Positions 9,201 to 19,400 of a stretch of 64,000 bases of DNA are shown here, in pieces. The notes under the pieces are model-generated. The model saw only the letters and a program-made list of their open reading frames with translations. It ran no database searches and was not told the DNA's origin. Numbering within the stretch: position 1 is the stretch's first letter; every line of letters begins with the position of its first letter. The DNA is from Elainellaceae cyanobacterium (GTDB lineage Bacteria; Cyanobacteriota; Cyanobacteriia; CAKZMO01). A program made the translations under genes and the position numbers. The stretch spans positions 14,771 through 78,770 of the forward strand of contig JBARXP010000451.1 of assembly GCA_049647405.1 (NCBI GenBank). Reading direction: 5' to 3'.

Positions 9201-12200
9201 ATGAATAGCGATCGCACGGGCACCGATACCCCCTCCAACATCCCCAACCTCACCCCTGAGATGCTGCATCAGCAAATTCAGGAACAGTTGGCGATCGCCC
9301 GTCGGCAGTTTCAGGCTGAGCAATTTGCAGCATCAGAACAGCACTGTCTGGCGGTGACGGAGCGGCTGGAACGCTGGATTGCTGCCATGCCAGCCGAGGG
9401 CGAGGCTGAGGACGGCGATTTTAGCGATCCCAGCAGTAGCCCCCGCGAGCCTGACAGTCATACTCAGGAGTCCGAAACGACTCCTGAGGAACAAGCGCCC
9501 ATCACCCCAGCCCTGATTTACTCCGAGCTAACCGAGCTGTGGCTGACTCTAGGCATGGCGCTGCACCAACAAAATCGGCTCGAAGAAGCAGGACAGTGGT
9601 ATCAGCGCATTCTCGACCATCAGCCCGACTTTGCCCCTGCCTGCAACAATCTGGCCGTGGTGCTGCGACGACTGGGACGCGATGCCGATGCTCAAGTGGT
9701 GCTTGAACGGGCGATCGCCCTAAACCCCAATGCGCCTGAAGCCTACAACAATTTGGGCAATCTCCTGATGCGGCAGGGCAAGCGACACGAGGCTCAGACG
9801 GCCTATGAAAAAGCGGTCACACTGGCTCCTGATAGTCTTGATGTGCGGCTCAACTGGGCGAACGCGCTACGAGATAGCGGCCAACTGCGAGAGGCGATCG
9901 CCCAATATCAGGAGATGTTGCAGCGCGACCCGACCTTTGTCGATGTCTACAACAATCTCGGAAATCTGCTTCAGAATATCCAGAAATATGAGCAGGCGAT
10001 CGCCTGCTACCAGGCAGGACTCCAACACAGATCGACACCGAGCCTTCTGAATAACCTAGCCGCAGCCTATCAATCTCTCGGACGCAATGAAGAAGCGATC
10101 GCCCACTATCAGCAAGCCATCGCCCTGCGCCCCAACTATGCCGATGCCTATTACAACTTGGGCAACGCGCTGCGAGCCATGGATCAGCATCAAGAGGCGA
10201 TCGCCGCCTATGGCAAAGCCATTGACCTCAATCCTCAAGCCTCTGAAAACTACAACAATTTAGGCTTAGTGCTCCACGATGTCCGTCATATGCCGCAAGC
10301 ATTAGTCTGCTTTGAACGGGCGATCGCCCTCCGGTCTGACTACCCTGACGCGATTCTCAATCGGGGTCTATCGCGTCTCATTATGGGAGAGCTGGAGCAA
10401 GGCTTTGCCGACTATGAGCAACGCTGGCGCGTCAAAGGACGCGACTTCAAGCCCCCTCGCGAGTTTGATGTGCCCCTGTGGAATGGGGACGAATTGCCGG
10501 AAAGCACCATTTTGCTCCATGCCGAGCAAGGTTTGGGCGACACCCTCCAGTTCGTTCGCTACGTCTCCCTAGCCTCCGAGCGGGTCGGGCAGGTCGTTTT
10601 AGAATGTCAGCCTCCGCTCGTGAAGCTGCTAAGGTCTGTGCCAGGAGTCGATGCGGTGATCGCGAAGGGAGATCGCCTGCCCAAATTCGAGGCACACGCC
10701 CCATTAATGAGTCTGCCCCACCTGCTCGACACCACGTTAACGACGATCCCCGCGACCGTTCCCTATGTGAATCCTGTGGGATCACGGCCTGACAAGGTTT
10801 CTCAAGAACTAGAGAAATCGGAAGATGTCGTTTCTTCCAATGGTTTACAGTCCTTAATTGAACAAGGGGGCGATCGCCTCAAGGTCGGCATCGTCTGGGC
10901 GGGCAGTCCGACTCATCTAAACGATCGCCATCGGTCTTGCTCGATTGAATGGTTCAAACCATTAGGAGAGATCCCCGGAGTCCAGCTTTACAGCTTGCAA
11001 AAAGGCGATCGCGAAGCTGATCTCCAGCCCGATCAGAATACAGATCACGAAACTTCTCACGAAACTTCGCCCATTCTGAATCTTGCTCCTGAGCTGCACG
11101 ATTTCACCGACACCGCAGGGGCGATCGCCCGCCTCGATTTGGTCATCACGGTGGATACCTCTGTGGCTCATTTGGCCGGAGCCTTAGGCAAGCCCGTGTG
11201 GGTGCTGTTGGGGTTCGCCTCCGACTGGCGCTGGCTGCTGGAGCGAGAAGACAGTCCCTGGTATCCGACAGCGCGACTCTTTCGCCAAACTCAGCTCGAT
11301 AACTGGGCAGACGTTTTTGCCCAAGTCAAAGCAGCATTACAGCAATGGGTGCAACCTGAACCGAGAGAATCGCAGCGATCGCCTGCTATTGATGCAGAAC
11401 CCGCTGCATTAGAAATTTGGGAAGCAGAATTTCTGGAAGACGAGTCGGCAGAAAACTCAGAGATACCCGAAGAAACCGCAGAAGAAGTGGCCTTGGGCGA
11501 TCGCCAACCCATCGGCATCGGCATCGAACTCAGCACCTCCACAGGCTGGGGCATCTTCGGCACCAACCTCACCCTGCAATTGCTAAAAACCTCTGAATGG
11601 TTGCCGATCCCGCTCCTGCCACCTCTAGCAGACAGTCAGTTTAGTCCTCTCCATCAGGAGTTTTTACACCCTCTGTTTTTGGAGCAGCAGCGGATTGAAC
11701 AAATCTTGGCTGCCCACCAGGGACAGGTGCTCTCAATGCCGTCGATCGTCTTCAAAGCTCTGGGCAATCATTTTGTTACAGCTCCCAGCCTTCAGCGCAT
11801 CGAGGGACAACGCGATGTTGGTCTCATCTTTTTCGAAGATCCCCATTTTACGGCCCACGAAATTGACAAAGCGCTCTCCTACGATGTCATTGTGGCCGGA
11901 TCAAGCTGGAACGCTGAAATACTCCAAGCCCACGGTCTTACGAATGTCAGAACAGTATGCCAAGGCATTGATCCGACGCTGTTTCATCCCGCTCCTCGCT
12001 CAGGCTTTTTGGGCGATCGCTTCGTGATTTTCTCCGGCGGCAAGCTGGAATATCGGAAAGGCCAAGATCTGGTCGTTGAAGCATTTCGGATCTTTCAACA
12101 GCGTTATCCCGAAGCTCTGCTCGTGACAGCATGGCACAATCGCTGGCCTGCAACGCTACAGAGTCTTGGGCGATCGCCCTATGTCAAAAATATTCCTCAA

Positions 12201-12698
12201 CTCGATGCCAATCACCGTCTTCAACTTAAGCCCTGGCTGATAGAGCACGGCATTCCCGCTTCGGCCTGTCTCGATCTGGGTCTGGTGCCCAATGCCATGA
12301 TGGGGCAGCTCATTCGAGAAGCTGATGTAGCCGTCTTTCCCAATCGTTGTGAAGGAGGCACAAACTTGGCGGCGATGGAGTGTTTAGCCTGCGGCATTCC
12401 GACAATATTGTCAGCAAACACCGGACATCTTGACCTACTGAATGCAGGACTCGGGATCGCGCTAGAACATCAAACTGCACTCCAGACGCCCCCTTCATCT
12501 GACTGCACCCTAATGCCTGATAGCCCTGCCCAGACCAACGGCTGGCGCGAACCTCACATCGAAGGGATTGTCGATGCCCTTGAGCGGGTTTACGGCCATC
12601 AAGGCACCGCAAACAGTCAAGCCCTTAAAGACGCTCGCACCATGCTGATGGAATGGTCTTGGGAAGTCCAAGTACAAAAGCTACTGGGCGCTCTCTAA
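9201..12698 (+). CDS. TPR-repeat protein fused to a GT9 (heptosyltransferase-like) domain and a C-terminal GT4/GT-B glycosyltransferase domain
   Basis: 1165-aa ORF; ~8 TPR units (AxxNLGxxL periodicity residues ~100-400); GT9 signatures LGDTLQFVRYV...DTAGAIARLDLVITVDTSVAHLAGALGKPVWVLL; acidic linker; GT-B C-terminus FSGGKLEYRKGQD...FPNRCEGGTNLAAMECLACGIP. Confidence 0.7.
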   Translation: MNSDRTGTDTPSNIPNLTPEMLHQQIQEQLAIARRQFQAEQFAASEQHCLAVTERLERWIAAMPAEGEAEDGDFSDPSSSPREPDSHTQESETTPEEQAPITPALIYSELTELWLTLGMALHQQNRLEEAGQWYQRILDHQPDFAPACNNLAVVLRRLGRDADAQVVLERAIALNPNAPEAYNNLGNLLMRQGKRHEAQTAYEKAVTLAPDSLDVRLNWANALRDSGQLREAIAQYQEMLQRDPTFVDVYNNLGNLLQNIQKYEQAIACYQAGLQHRSTPSLLNNLAAAYQSLGRNEEAIAHYQQAIALRPNYADAYYNLGNALRAMDQHQEAIAAYGKAIDLNPQASENYNNLGLVLHDVRHMPQALVCFERAIALRSDYPDAILNRGLSRLIMGELEQGFADYEQRWRVKGRDFKPPREFDVPLWNGDELPESTILLHAEQGLGDTLQFVRYVSLASERVGQVVLECQPPLVKLLRSVPGVDAVIAKGDRLPKFEAHAPLMSLPHLLDTTLTTIPATVPYVNPVGSRPDKVSQELEKSEDVVSSNGLQSLIEQGGDRLKVGIVWAGSPTHLNDRHRSCSIEWFKPLGEIPGVQLYSLQKGDREADLQPDQNTDHETSHETSPILNLAPELHDFTDTAGAIARLDLVITVDTSVAHLAGALGKPVWVLLGFASDWRWLLEREDSPWYPTARLFRQTQLDNWADVFAQVKAALQQWVQPEPRESQRSPAIDAEPAALEIWEAEFLEDESAENSEIPEETAEEVALGDRQPIGIGIELSTSTGWGIFGTNLTLQLLKTSEWLPIPLLPPLADSQFSPLHQEFLHPLFLEQQRIEQILAAHQGQVLSMPSIVFKALGNHFVTAPSLQRIEGQRDVGLIFFEDPHFTAHEIDKALSYDVIVAGSSWNAEILQAHGLTNVRTVCQGIDPTLFHPAPRSGFLGDRFVIFSGGKLEYRKGQDLVVEAFRIFQQRYPEALLVTAWHNRWPATLQSLGRSPYVKNIPQLDANHRLQLKPWLIEHGIPASACLDLGLVPNAMMGQLIREADVAVFPNRCEGGTNLAAMECLACGIPTILSANTGHLDLLNAGLGIALEHQTALQTPPSSDCTLMPDSPAQTNGWREPHIEGIVDALERVYGHQGTANSQALKDARTMLMEWSWEVQVQKLLGAL

Positions 12699-12783
12699 CA
12701 TCAGGCGCATAAATCGCAGCAACAACCTGGCCATTGGAGAAGCCTCATGGCACTGTTCACAGCTACTCAAGCTAGTCTCTGAA

Positions 12784-12875
12784 CGGAGAGGGAGGGATTC
12801 GAACCCTCGGATAGGCCTTACGTACCTATCAACAGATTAGCAATCTGCCGCTTTCGACCACTCAGCCACCTCTCC
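12784..12875 (-). tRNA. tRNA-Ser (anticodon GCU), no encoded CCA
   Basis: Reverse complement folds as cloverleaf: acceptor GGAGAGG/CCTCTCC, anticodon stem GCAGA/TCTGT with loop TTGCTAA, long variable arm GATAGG..CCTATC, T-loop GTTCGAATC. Confidence 0.85.
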
Positions 12876-14192
12876 TGGTCTAGGCAAATATAATAGCAAA
12901 TTTTTGAGCCATACCAACAGGGCAAAATTCCCATGGTTTCATAACATAGCTGAAGGCTTCGCCACAGATTCAGAATGAAATGAGCCAGAGAAAACGTCAA
13001 CATGCTGAGAACCTTCAGATCTAAAAGGTGGAATCTCTGCATCGAAATATCATGCAACGTTAGAGTGTGAGGCGCTCTAATTTGTTTTGAAAGATACTTT
13101 TTCGTGATATTTTTAGTATTGTAGATTACGTAATTAACTGACCTCTGAATCGACTGATGTAGAGGCTCTATTAACTACGCTTACAGTTTCTATACCTAGC
13201 TTTATTCCATAGCAATCTATAATCTGAGCAGTTTTGGTCAGAATGGCTGTAAGGGCTGGCAGCGTTTGCTGCTAAGCCTGCGGCATGTCTGAAGCTTTGT
13301 GCGAATGAGGCTGCTTCGATGTCATTCTTTTCCCCATGACTCGCTTGCTGAACTGTCGGTATTCTGCGGAATCAAATTGTGTTTCCGGAACTTACCCCGC
13401 CCCCCTAGAACAACTAGCGAAAGCTCTGAATAGAGCATCTCAACTGTTGCTCAATGATTTTTATTCGAGATATCGATGAGGGCATTTTGAGTCAGGGTCA
13501 AAATACAAGCGTGACCATCGTCGTCTAGCCTCGGCTTTCTCCCATCAGATTTATCCATTAGCCCAAAGATCGGTTTTGGCGTAGTTTGGTCATGAGTAGT
13601 AATCCTGCTGTGGACAGTCAAAGAGGGCGTGGGATAAGCTGATGTTGAATTGTTAAAATTCCTTGTCAATTTATTGCAAATCTGTATGAGATTGCGGCCA
13701 AGGGCAGGGCTGTTGGTGAATCCTATATTTGTAGTAACGATTTGGAAAGTAGTAACCATTTGGAAACAGATGACCTAGCTGGCTTCACAGTCTTTTTGAC
13801 TCGGTCAATTTGATGGATTCAAGATGCTCGGTTGAGTCGCACTGAATGATGGAGAGACGCGATCGCCTTAAGCTTATAGCTGCCATAGAGAGCAGGCTAG
13901 ATAATGCATTCAAGACCTAGGAGATTTCTGCACTCTGAATCAGGTTATTTAGCTTGCATGAAAGCGAGGTTGTCTCGACAAATATTGTCACCTAAGCCTG
14001 ACGAGCATCTGAATTGACCGTACTGAGAAAAAACGTCTTCAGTTTGCAGCCTTGCATTCTTGTTTGTCTTCCACGGGTGCACTTTTCAACTCTAGTTATG
14101 ACGCCCAAAAGCATTCAATATGATTGGGGTCTATAACCTTGCTATGCATCGTAAAGCAATAGATTTTGAGGTCTAACGATTTGGAGAGAGGT

Positions 14193-15470
14193 ATGGGTAT
14201 AAACGGCGATCGCCATCTTGCATTGATTTCTGTTCATGGAGATCCTGCCATTGACATCGGCAAAGAAGAAGCTGGCGGGCAAAATGTTTATGTGCGTCAG
14301 GTCGGAGAGTCACTGGCTAAGCTGGGCTGGCAGATTGATATGTTTACCCGGCAAACCAACTCAAACCAATCATCCATCGTTGAACATAGCTGCAACTGCC
14401 GCACGATTCGGCTAGCGGCAGGGCCAAAAGATTTCGTGCCCAGAGATAATATATTTGACTACTTACCTGAATTTGTTTACGAACTGACGAAATTTCAACA
14501 ACGCTCTGGGTTTCGGTATGGGCTAGTCCATACTAATTATTGGCTGTCGTCATGGGTTGGCATGGAGCTAAAACGTCGGCAGCCGAGTCTACAGCAAGTG
14601 CATACCTATCACTCCCTTGGTGCGGTGAAGTATAGCAATGTCGATCATATTCCGGCGATCGCCAACACCCGTCTCGATATTGAAAAGCGTTGTTTGGAAA
14701 CAGCCGAAAAAATTATTGCGACCAGCCCCCAAGAACAAGAGCACATGCAAACCCTTGTTTCGACCAAGGGCAATATTGACACGATCCCCTGTGGCACTGA
14801 TATCCAACGATTTGGCTCTATTCGTCAAGACGAAGCCCGCGCACTCCTAGGCATCGACTCCGATGCCAAAGTTATTTTTTACATCGGGCGTTTTGATCCC
14901 CGTAAAGGCATCGAAACCCTAGTTCGTGCCATGGGGCAATCTACCCTTCGTGACGATACAGCTCCGTTACATCTGATTATTGGAGGCGGCAGTCGTCCGG
15001 GGCAGAGTGACGGTCTAGAGCGTCAGCGCATCGAGAGCATCGTTGCTGAGTTAGATCTGCACGCTATCACTCACTTTCCTGGACGGATCAGCGATGAAAC
15101 CCTACCCGCTTACTATGCGGCTTCTGATGTTTGCGTCGTGCCCAGCCACTATGAACCCTTTGGGCTAGTGGCGATCGAGGCGATGGCAAGCGGCACGCCT
15201 GTTGTCGCCAGCGATGTCGGTGGCCTACAGTTTACGGTCGAGTCTGGCAAGACTGGCCTGTTAGCTCCACCTCGTGACGAAGCGGCGTTTGCTGCCGCCA
15301 TCGATCAAATCTTAGCCAACCCAGAATGGCGAAATCAGTTGGGTCAGGCTGCCCGCAAACGAGTCGAGGCGCGCTTCAGTTGGCACGGAGTCGCAACCCA
15401 GTTAGATGACCTTTACTCAGAACTGATAGAAAGCAGTTATGCCACATCCCTCAAGTCTTCTGTGGCATGA
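14193..15470 (+). CDS. sps: GT4 glycosyltransferase of the sucrose-phosphate synthase family (unidomain SPS-like)
   Basis: N-terminal LALISVHGDPAIDIGKEEAGGQNVYVRQ signature shared by SPS/SuS glucosyltransferase domains; C-terminal GT-B half FPG...YEPFGLVAIEAMASGTPVVAS; ATG 14193 preferred (GGAGAGAGG SD). Confidence 0.6.
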   Translation: MGINGDRHLALISVHGDPAIDIGKEEAGGQNVYVRQVGESLAKLGWQIDMFTRQTNSNQSSIVEHSCNCRTIRLAAGPKDFVPRDNIFDYLPEFVYELTKFQQRSGFRYGLVHTNYWLSSWVGMELKRRQPSLQQVHTYHSLGAVKYSNVDHIPAIANTRLDIEKRCLETAEKIIATSPQEQEHMQTLVSTKGNIDTIPCGTDIQRFGSIRQDEARALLGIDSDAKVIFYIGRFDPRKGIETLVRAMGQSTLRDDTAPLHLIIGGGSRPGQSDGLERQRIESIVAELDLHAITHFPGRISDETLPAYYAASDVCVVPSHYEPFGLVAIEAMASGTPVVASDVGGLQFTVESGKTGLLAPPRDEAAFAAAIDQILANPEWRNQLGQAARKRVEARFSWHGVATQLDDLYSELIESSYATSLKSSVA

Positions 15471-15585
15471 CTATCTAGGACGCAGTCAGAAGGATCGATA
15501 CATATCACAATATCAACACTTCACGGCTAGAAATGAAGGCATATGCTAGTATCTGAGGAAAAATCACCTCTATTGAATATTATCA

Positions 15586-16083
15586 ATGGGAAAAGTGCTG
15601 GTGCTCAACGCATCGTATGAGCCATTGAACATTACAAGTTGGCGAAGGGCGGTTGTTCTGCTGATCAAAGGTAAGGCAGAACAGGTCGAACACAACGGCA
15701 AATTTATCTACCCTGATTTTCCACTGCCAACAGTCATTCGCTTAAGACAGTATGTTCGGGTTCCCTACAAAGATATTCCGTTAACTCGCAGAAATATCCT
15801 CCATCGCGATAGTCACTCTTGTCAATATTGCGGATATCACGGCGATGATCTCACGCTCGACCACGTCGTGCCCCGTTCTCGTGGAGGCATGGACATTTGG
15901 GACAATATCGTAACGGCTTGTGTGCGTTGCAATGTCAAGAAGGGCAACCGCACGCCCAAAGAAGCCAGCATGCCGTTGAGAAGCCAGCCTCGCAAACCCT
16001 ACAGCAGCCTTTATTTTGAGGTAACCAAGCATATCCGTAGTGGGCTACATGCCGAGTGGCAAAAGTACGTTATCGGCGGGTAG
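15586..16083 (+). CDS. HNH endonuclease
   Basis: CxxC...HxxP...GG...N...CxxCN zinc-finger/HNH motif (HRDSHSCQYCGYHGDDLTLDHVVPRSRGGMDIWDNIVTACVRCN). Confidence 0.8.
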   Translation: MGKVLVLNASYEPLNITSWRRAVVLLIKGKAEQVEHNGKFIYPDFPLPTVIRLRQYVRVPYKDIPLTRRNILHRDSHSCQYCGYHGDDLTLDHVVPRSRGGMDIWDNIVTACVRCNVKKGNRTPKEASMPLRSQPRKPYSSLYFEVTKHIRSGLHAEWQKYVIGG

Positions 16084-16437
16084 CAGCCTCAATGGGGAGC
16101 GACAGAACTCATCGATAGTATGCTCGGGTAGCCATTACCCCAGCTCCATGGATAATGCTACGACATGGCGTGGGAGCAGCCCAATGTTGCAGCGCCAGTA
16201 TGTTTTGCCTGTGGCAACGCATTGCATCAGCGGCAGTATGCTGACCCCAGAGGCTCTGATATTCGATAGATGCTGAATAGCAGCTTTTCTGTAATGATCA
16301 GGTCAGATGTTGGTCATCGTTTAAGTTGTTGTGAAGCAATACCTTGAGTCTTCCAAATCTGAATGTTCAAGATTTATCTTAGTGACTCCGGTTTAGACTC
16401 AGGCTTTTGAGTCGGCTCAAGATAGCTCAAGACATCG

Positions 16438-16604
16438 GGAGCATGTCAGGTTTGCAACTATCTCTAAATCCCCTCATCCCCCAGCCCCTGCTTCGCGCGC
16501 CCTTCGGTCTACTGCCAGCAGTGGGAGAAGGGGAGCAAGAGATTCAAAGTCCCTCTCCCAGCGGAGAGGGATTTAGGGTGAGGGCGACAAAAGTGACATG
16601 CTCC
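16438..16604. mobile_element. second copy of the GGGATTTAGGG-core MITE-like palindromic element (terminal inverted repeats GGAGCATGTCA / TGACATGCTCC)
   Basis: Directly read; interior CTAAATCCCCTCATCCC ... GGGATTTAGGGTGAGGG imperfect palindrome; the 16407..16694 ORF is an artefact of this element. Confidence 0.45.
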
Positions 16605-16897
16605 CCAAGACATCACATTGCCAATCTGAAGAATTTTTGCTGTATCTGTTTCGTGTCAATGTATAACCAATACTCTCTCTATAGGTCTAATTAGAATACT
16701 CGCATTTGAACATCTACGGCTTACTTAAACTTTTATTAACTTCGCTATCGTGAAGCGTCCTCATTTTACAGAACTTTTCTATCTCGATATTGAGGGACTT
16801 CTAAATTCAGGGACTGCTAAAAATTTAATACCTAAATTTAAGATTGAAATCTCAGCATTGACGTTCAGCTTCACCATTCACCGATCATCTAAATTAA

Positions 16898-18181
16898 ATG
16901 TCTAATTCCCCAGCCGTTGATTCAGCTTTTGAACCTACTCAATCCATTGATATGACTGACTCTGTGATAACAAGTGCTCCTCCGACCAAAAAAAACGATG
17001 ACAAGCATTCATCTGGCTCGGGAGGAGGACGATTTAACTCCAATCGTTCTAGTTCTCCCAGCACTCGTCTAAACGAACAAAAAGTCAAAGAGTTTCGCCA
17101 ATTTCTAGAGAATCACGAAGGCGATCGCCATCTCGTTGTTCTTCAAGATTTTCCAGATCCCGATGCGCTTTCTTCGGCATGGGTGTATCGACTCATCGCC
17201 CAGGAGTATAATATTGCCTCCGATATCGTCTATGCCGGGACTCTGAGCCACCAAGAAAACATTGCCCTCGTACGCCTGACCGGCTTGCCCGTGAAACGGT
17301 GGTCGCTGCAAATGGCAAAGGAAAAAGATTTGTCTGTCTATGATGGGTATGTATTAGTTGATAATCAAGGCACTACGACTCAGCTCACGCCGATTTTGAA
17401 ACAGGCAAAGTTGCCGATGCTTGTTGTGGTAGACCATCACACTGCCCAAGGAGATTTGAACTCAGAGTTTACAGATTTGCGGTCTCAAACTCGTGCTACA
17501 GCTACCATTTTTACCCAATACCTAAAAGCAGGATTGCTCAAGTTTGATAATAGCGAGTCTGACCATATCAAATGTGCAACGGCGTTAATGCATGGTCTAC
17601 GGTCAGACACCAATCATCTCATGCAAGCCCAAGAAGAAGACTTTGTTGCCGCAGGGTATTTGAGTCGCTTTTACGATAGTCAGCTTCTGAACTCTGTCTT
17701 GCAGGCGTCTCGCTCTAAGCGCGTCATGGATGTGATCGAGCGATCGCTCCGAAATCGGATGCTGCAAAACAACTTTTCGATTGCGGGGGTCGGCTACCTG
17801 CGTTATGACGATCGAGATGCGATTCCTCAAGCTGCAGATTTTTTAGTGACTGAGGAAAACGTCCATACCGCTGTTGTCTATGGGATTGTTCATGACGAAG
17901 ATGAAGATCTCGAACTCGTGATTGGTTCACTCCGCACCAGCAAAATCACGCTCGATCCCGACGAGTTTATCAAAGAAGCCTTTGGTCATGATGCCAGCGG
18001 TCGCTTTTTTGGCGGCGGCAGAGCGATGGCAGGCGGCTTTGAAATTCCTATGGGGTTTCTCTCTGGGTTTAACGAAAATAGCGACTACACCCGCATCAAG
18101 TGGGAAGTGTATGATGCCCAGATCAAGCAAAAGCTAATTCCTCTGGTTGATCCTGAAGATGGCATGATTCGCACGAGTTGA
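16898..18181 (+). CDS. DHH/DHHA1 family phosphoesterase (NrnA-like oligoribonuclease/pAp phosphatase) with disordered N-terminal ~90 aa
   Basis: DHH motif LVVVDHHT, DHHA1-type C-terminus GGGRAMAGGFEIP (GGGH-like); N-terminus Ser/Gly-rich. Confidence 0.65.
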   Translation: MSNSPAVDSAFEPTQSIDMTDSVITSAPPTKKNDDKHSSGSGGGRFNSNRSSSPSTRLNEQKVKEFRQFLENHEGDRHLVVLQDFPDPDALSSAWVYRLIAQEYNIASDIVYAGTLSHQENIALVRLTGLPVKRWSLQMAKEKDLSVYDGYVLVDNQGTTTQLTPILKQAKLPMLVVVDHHTAQGDLNSEFTDLRSQTRATATIFTQYLKAGLLKFDNSESDHIKCATALMHGLRSDTNHLMQAQEEDFVAAGYLSRFYDSQLLNSVLQASRSKRVMDVIERSLRNRMLQNNFSIAGVGYLRYDDRDAIPQAADFLVTEENVHTAVVYGIVHDEDEDLELVIGSLRTSKITLDPDEFIKEAFGHDASGRFFGGGRAMAGGFEIPMGFLSGFNENSDYTRIKWEVYDAQIKQKLIPLVDPEDGMIRTS

Positions 18182-18327
18182 TCTGCGCTCTGATTCAGCC
18201 ATGCGGAGAGATGCGGATTGGAGAGATTTGGGTCAAGGATCTTCGCTGACGGTTCTCCCAAATTTGGCCGTAATATTGGGCAGAGCGTTTTCGTGCGCCA
18301 GAAAACAGCACATCCAAATAACAGCAC

Positions 18328-19149
18328 ATGACGAATAGCTCAGAGCGGCGATCGCACAAAAAGTTTCCGTTGTCTTGGCAAGCCTTGTTCTCAGGCATGA
18401 TGTTTATCTTCATGTACCTGCCGATTTTGGTGCTGGCCGTCTATAGTTTCAATGAGTCTCGTTATGGAGCCCTATGGCAAGGCTTTAGCCTTCGCTGGTA
18501 CGCCATGATGTTTGGCGATAGTCGCCTCCTCCTGTCTCTCAAAGATAGTTTGGTCGTGGCGATTTGTGCCGTGGTGTTTTCTTCGGTTTTAGGAACAATG
18601 ATGGCGGTGGGTCTTGCTCGCTACCAGTTTGCCGGAAAAAGCCTGTATCGGGGCATCTCCTACCTACCGTTGATTATTCCAGATATCACCATCGCGGTTT
18701 CTACTCTGATTTTTCTAGCCACGATCGCCATCCCCCTCAGCATCTGGACGATCATTGCGGCACACATGGTGTTTTGTTTGGCCTACATTGCCATTGTGGT
18801 TTCCACTCGGCTGACAGGGTTAAACCCTCATCTTCAGGAAGCCGCGTTAGACTTGGGCGCAACGCCTATTCAAGCGTTTATGAAAGTTTTGTTGCCAGAG
18901 CTGATGCCCGCCATCGTGTCAGGCTGTCTCCTTGCATTTATCTTGAGCATGGATGATTTGCTGATCTCCAGCTTTACCGCAGGCGGCGGGGCGAATCCAT
19001 TACCTATTGAGATTTTTAGCCGAATTCGTACGGGCGTGAAACCTGATATCAATGCGCTCAGCGTGGTGCTTATTACCGGGTCTGGAGTGATTGCATTTAT
19101 CGCAGAATACATTCGCTTTCGCAGCACCCAACAGCGATCGCAACCATAA
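18328..19149 (+). CDS. ABC transporter permease, PotC/PotI (polyamine) type, no cognate ATPase or binding protein adjacent
   Basis: EAA loop EAALDLGATPIQAFMKVLLP, 6 TM segments. Confidence 0.7.
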   Translation: MTNSSERRSHKKFPLSWQALFSGMMFIFMYLPILVLAVYSFNESRYGALWQGFSLRWYAMMFGDSRLLLSLKDSLVVAICAVVFSSVLGTMMAVGLARYQFAGKSLYRGISYLPLIIPDITIAVSTLIFLATIAIPLSIWTIIAAHMVFCLAYIAIVVSTRLTGLNPHLQEAALDLGATPIQAFMKVLLPELMPAIVSGCLLAFILSMDDLLISSFTAGGGANPLPIEIFSRIRTGVKPDINALSVVLITGSGVIAFIAEYIRFRSTQQRSQP

Positions 19150-19400
19150 AATGCCCTCATAAAGCAGTGCCAAATCGAGATTTTGCTGGGTGTCTTAAGA
19201 GTCTTAGGGGTGGTTTCGTACCCTCAACTACATTTTCATAAAATTCTCATCTGCTAAATTCCTCTTAATGCATTGAAAAACAGTTGGAAGGTCGTTAGGT
19301 TGTCTTCTGGCTGTTGGCATTGGCTGCTGGCATTGATAGCGTGAGCCCTCACCTGTCGGTGCGGTCTGTATGTTCTACAGCTTATTTTGGTGTGAGGAAA

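Noticed and set aside
12818-13057. 79-aa minus-strand ORF
   Set aside because: It overlaps the tRNA-Ser gene and AT-rich spacer. It has no ribosome-binding site, and the ORF overlaps the tRNA.
16407-16694. 95-aa ORF called in the HNH/DHH intergenic region
   Set aside because: It is read entirely through the palindromic MITE copy and has low-complexity composition. It is not a credible gene.
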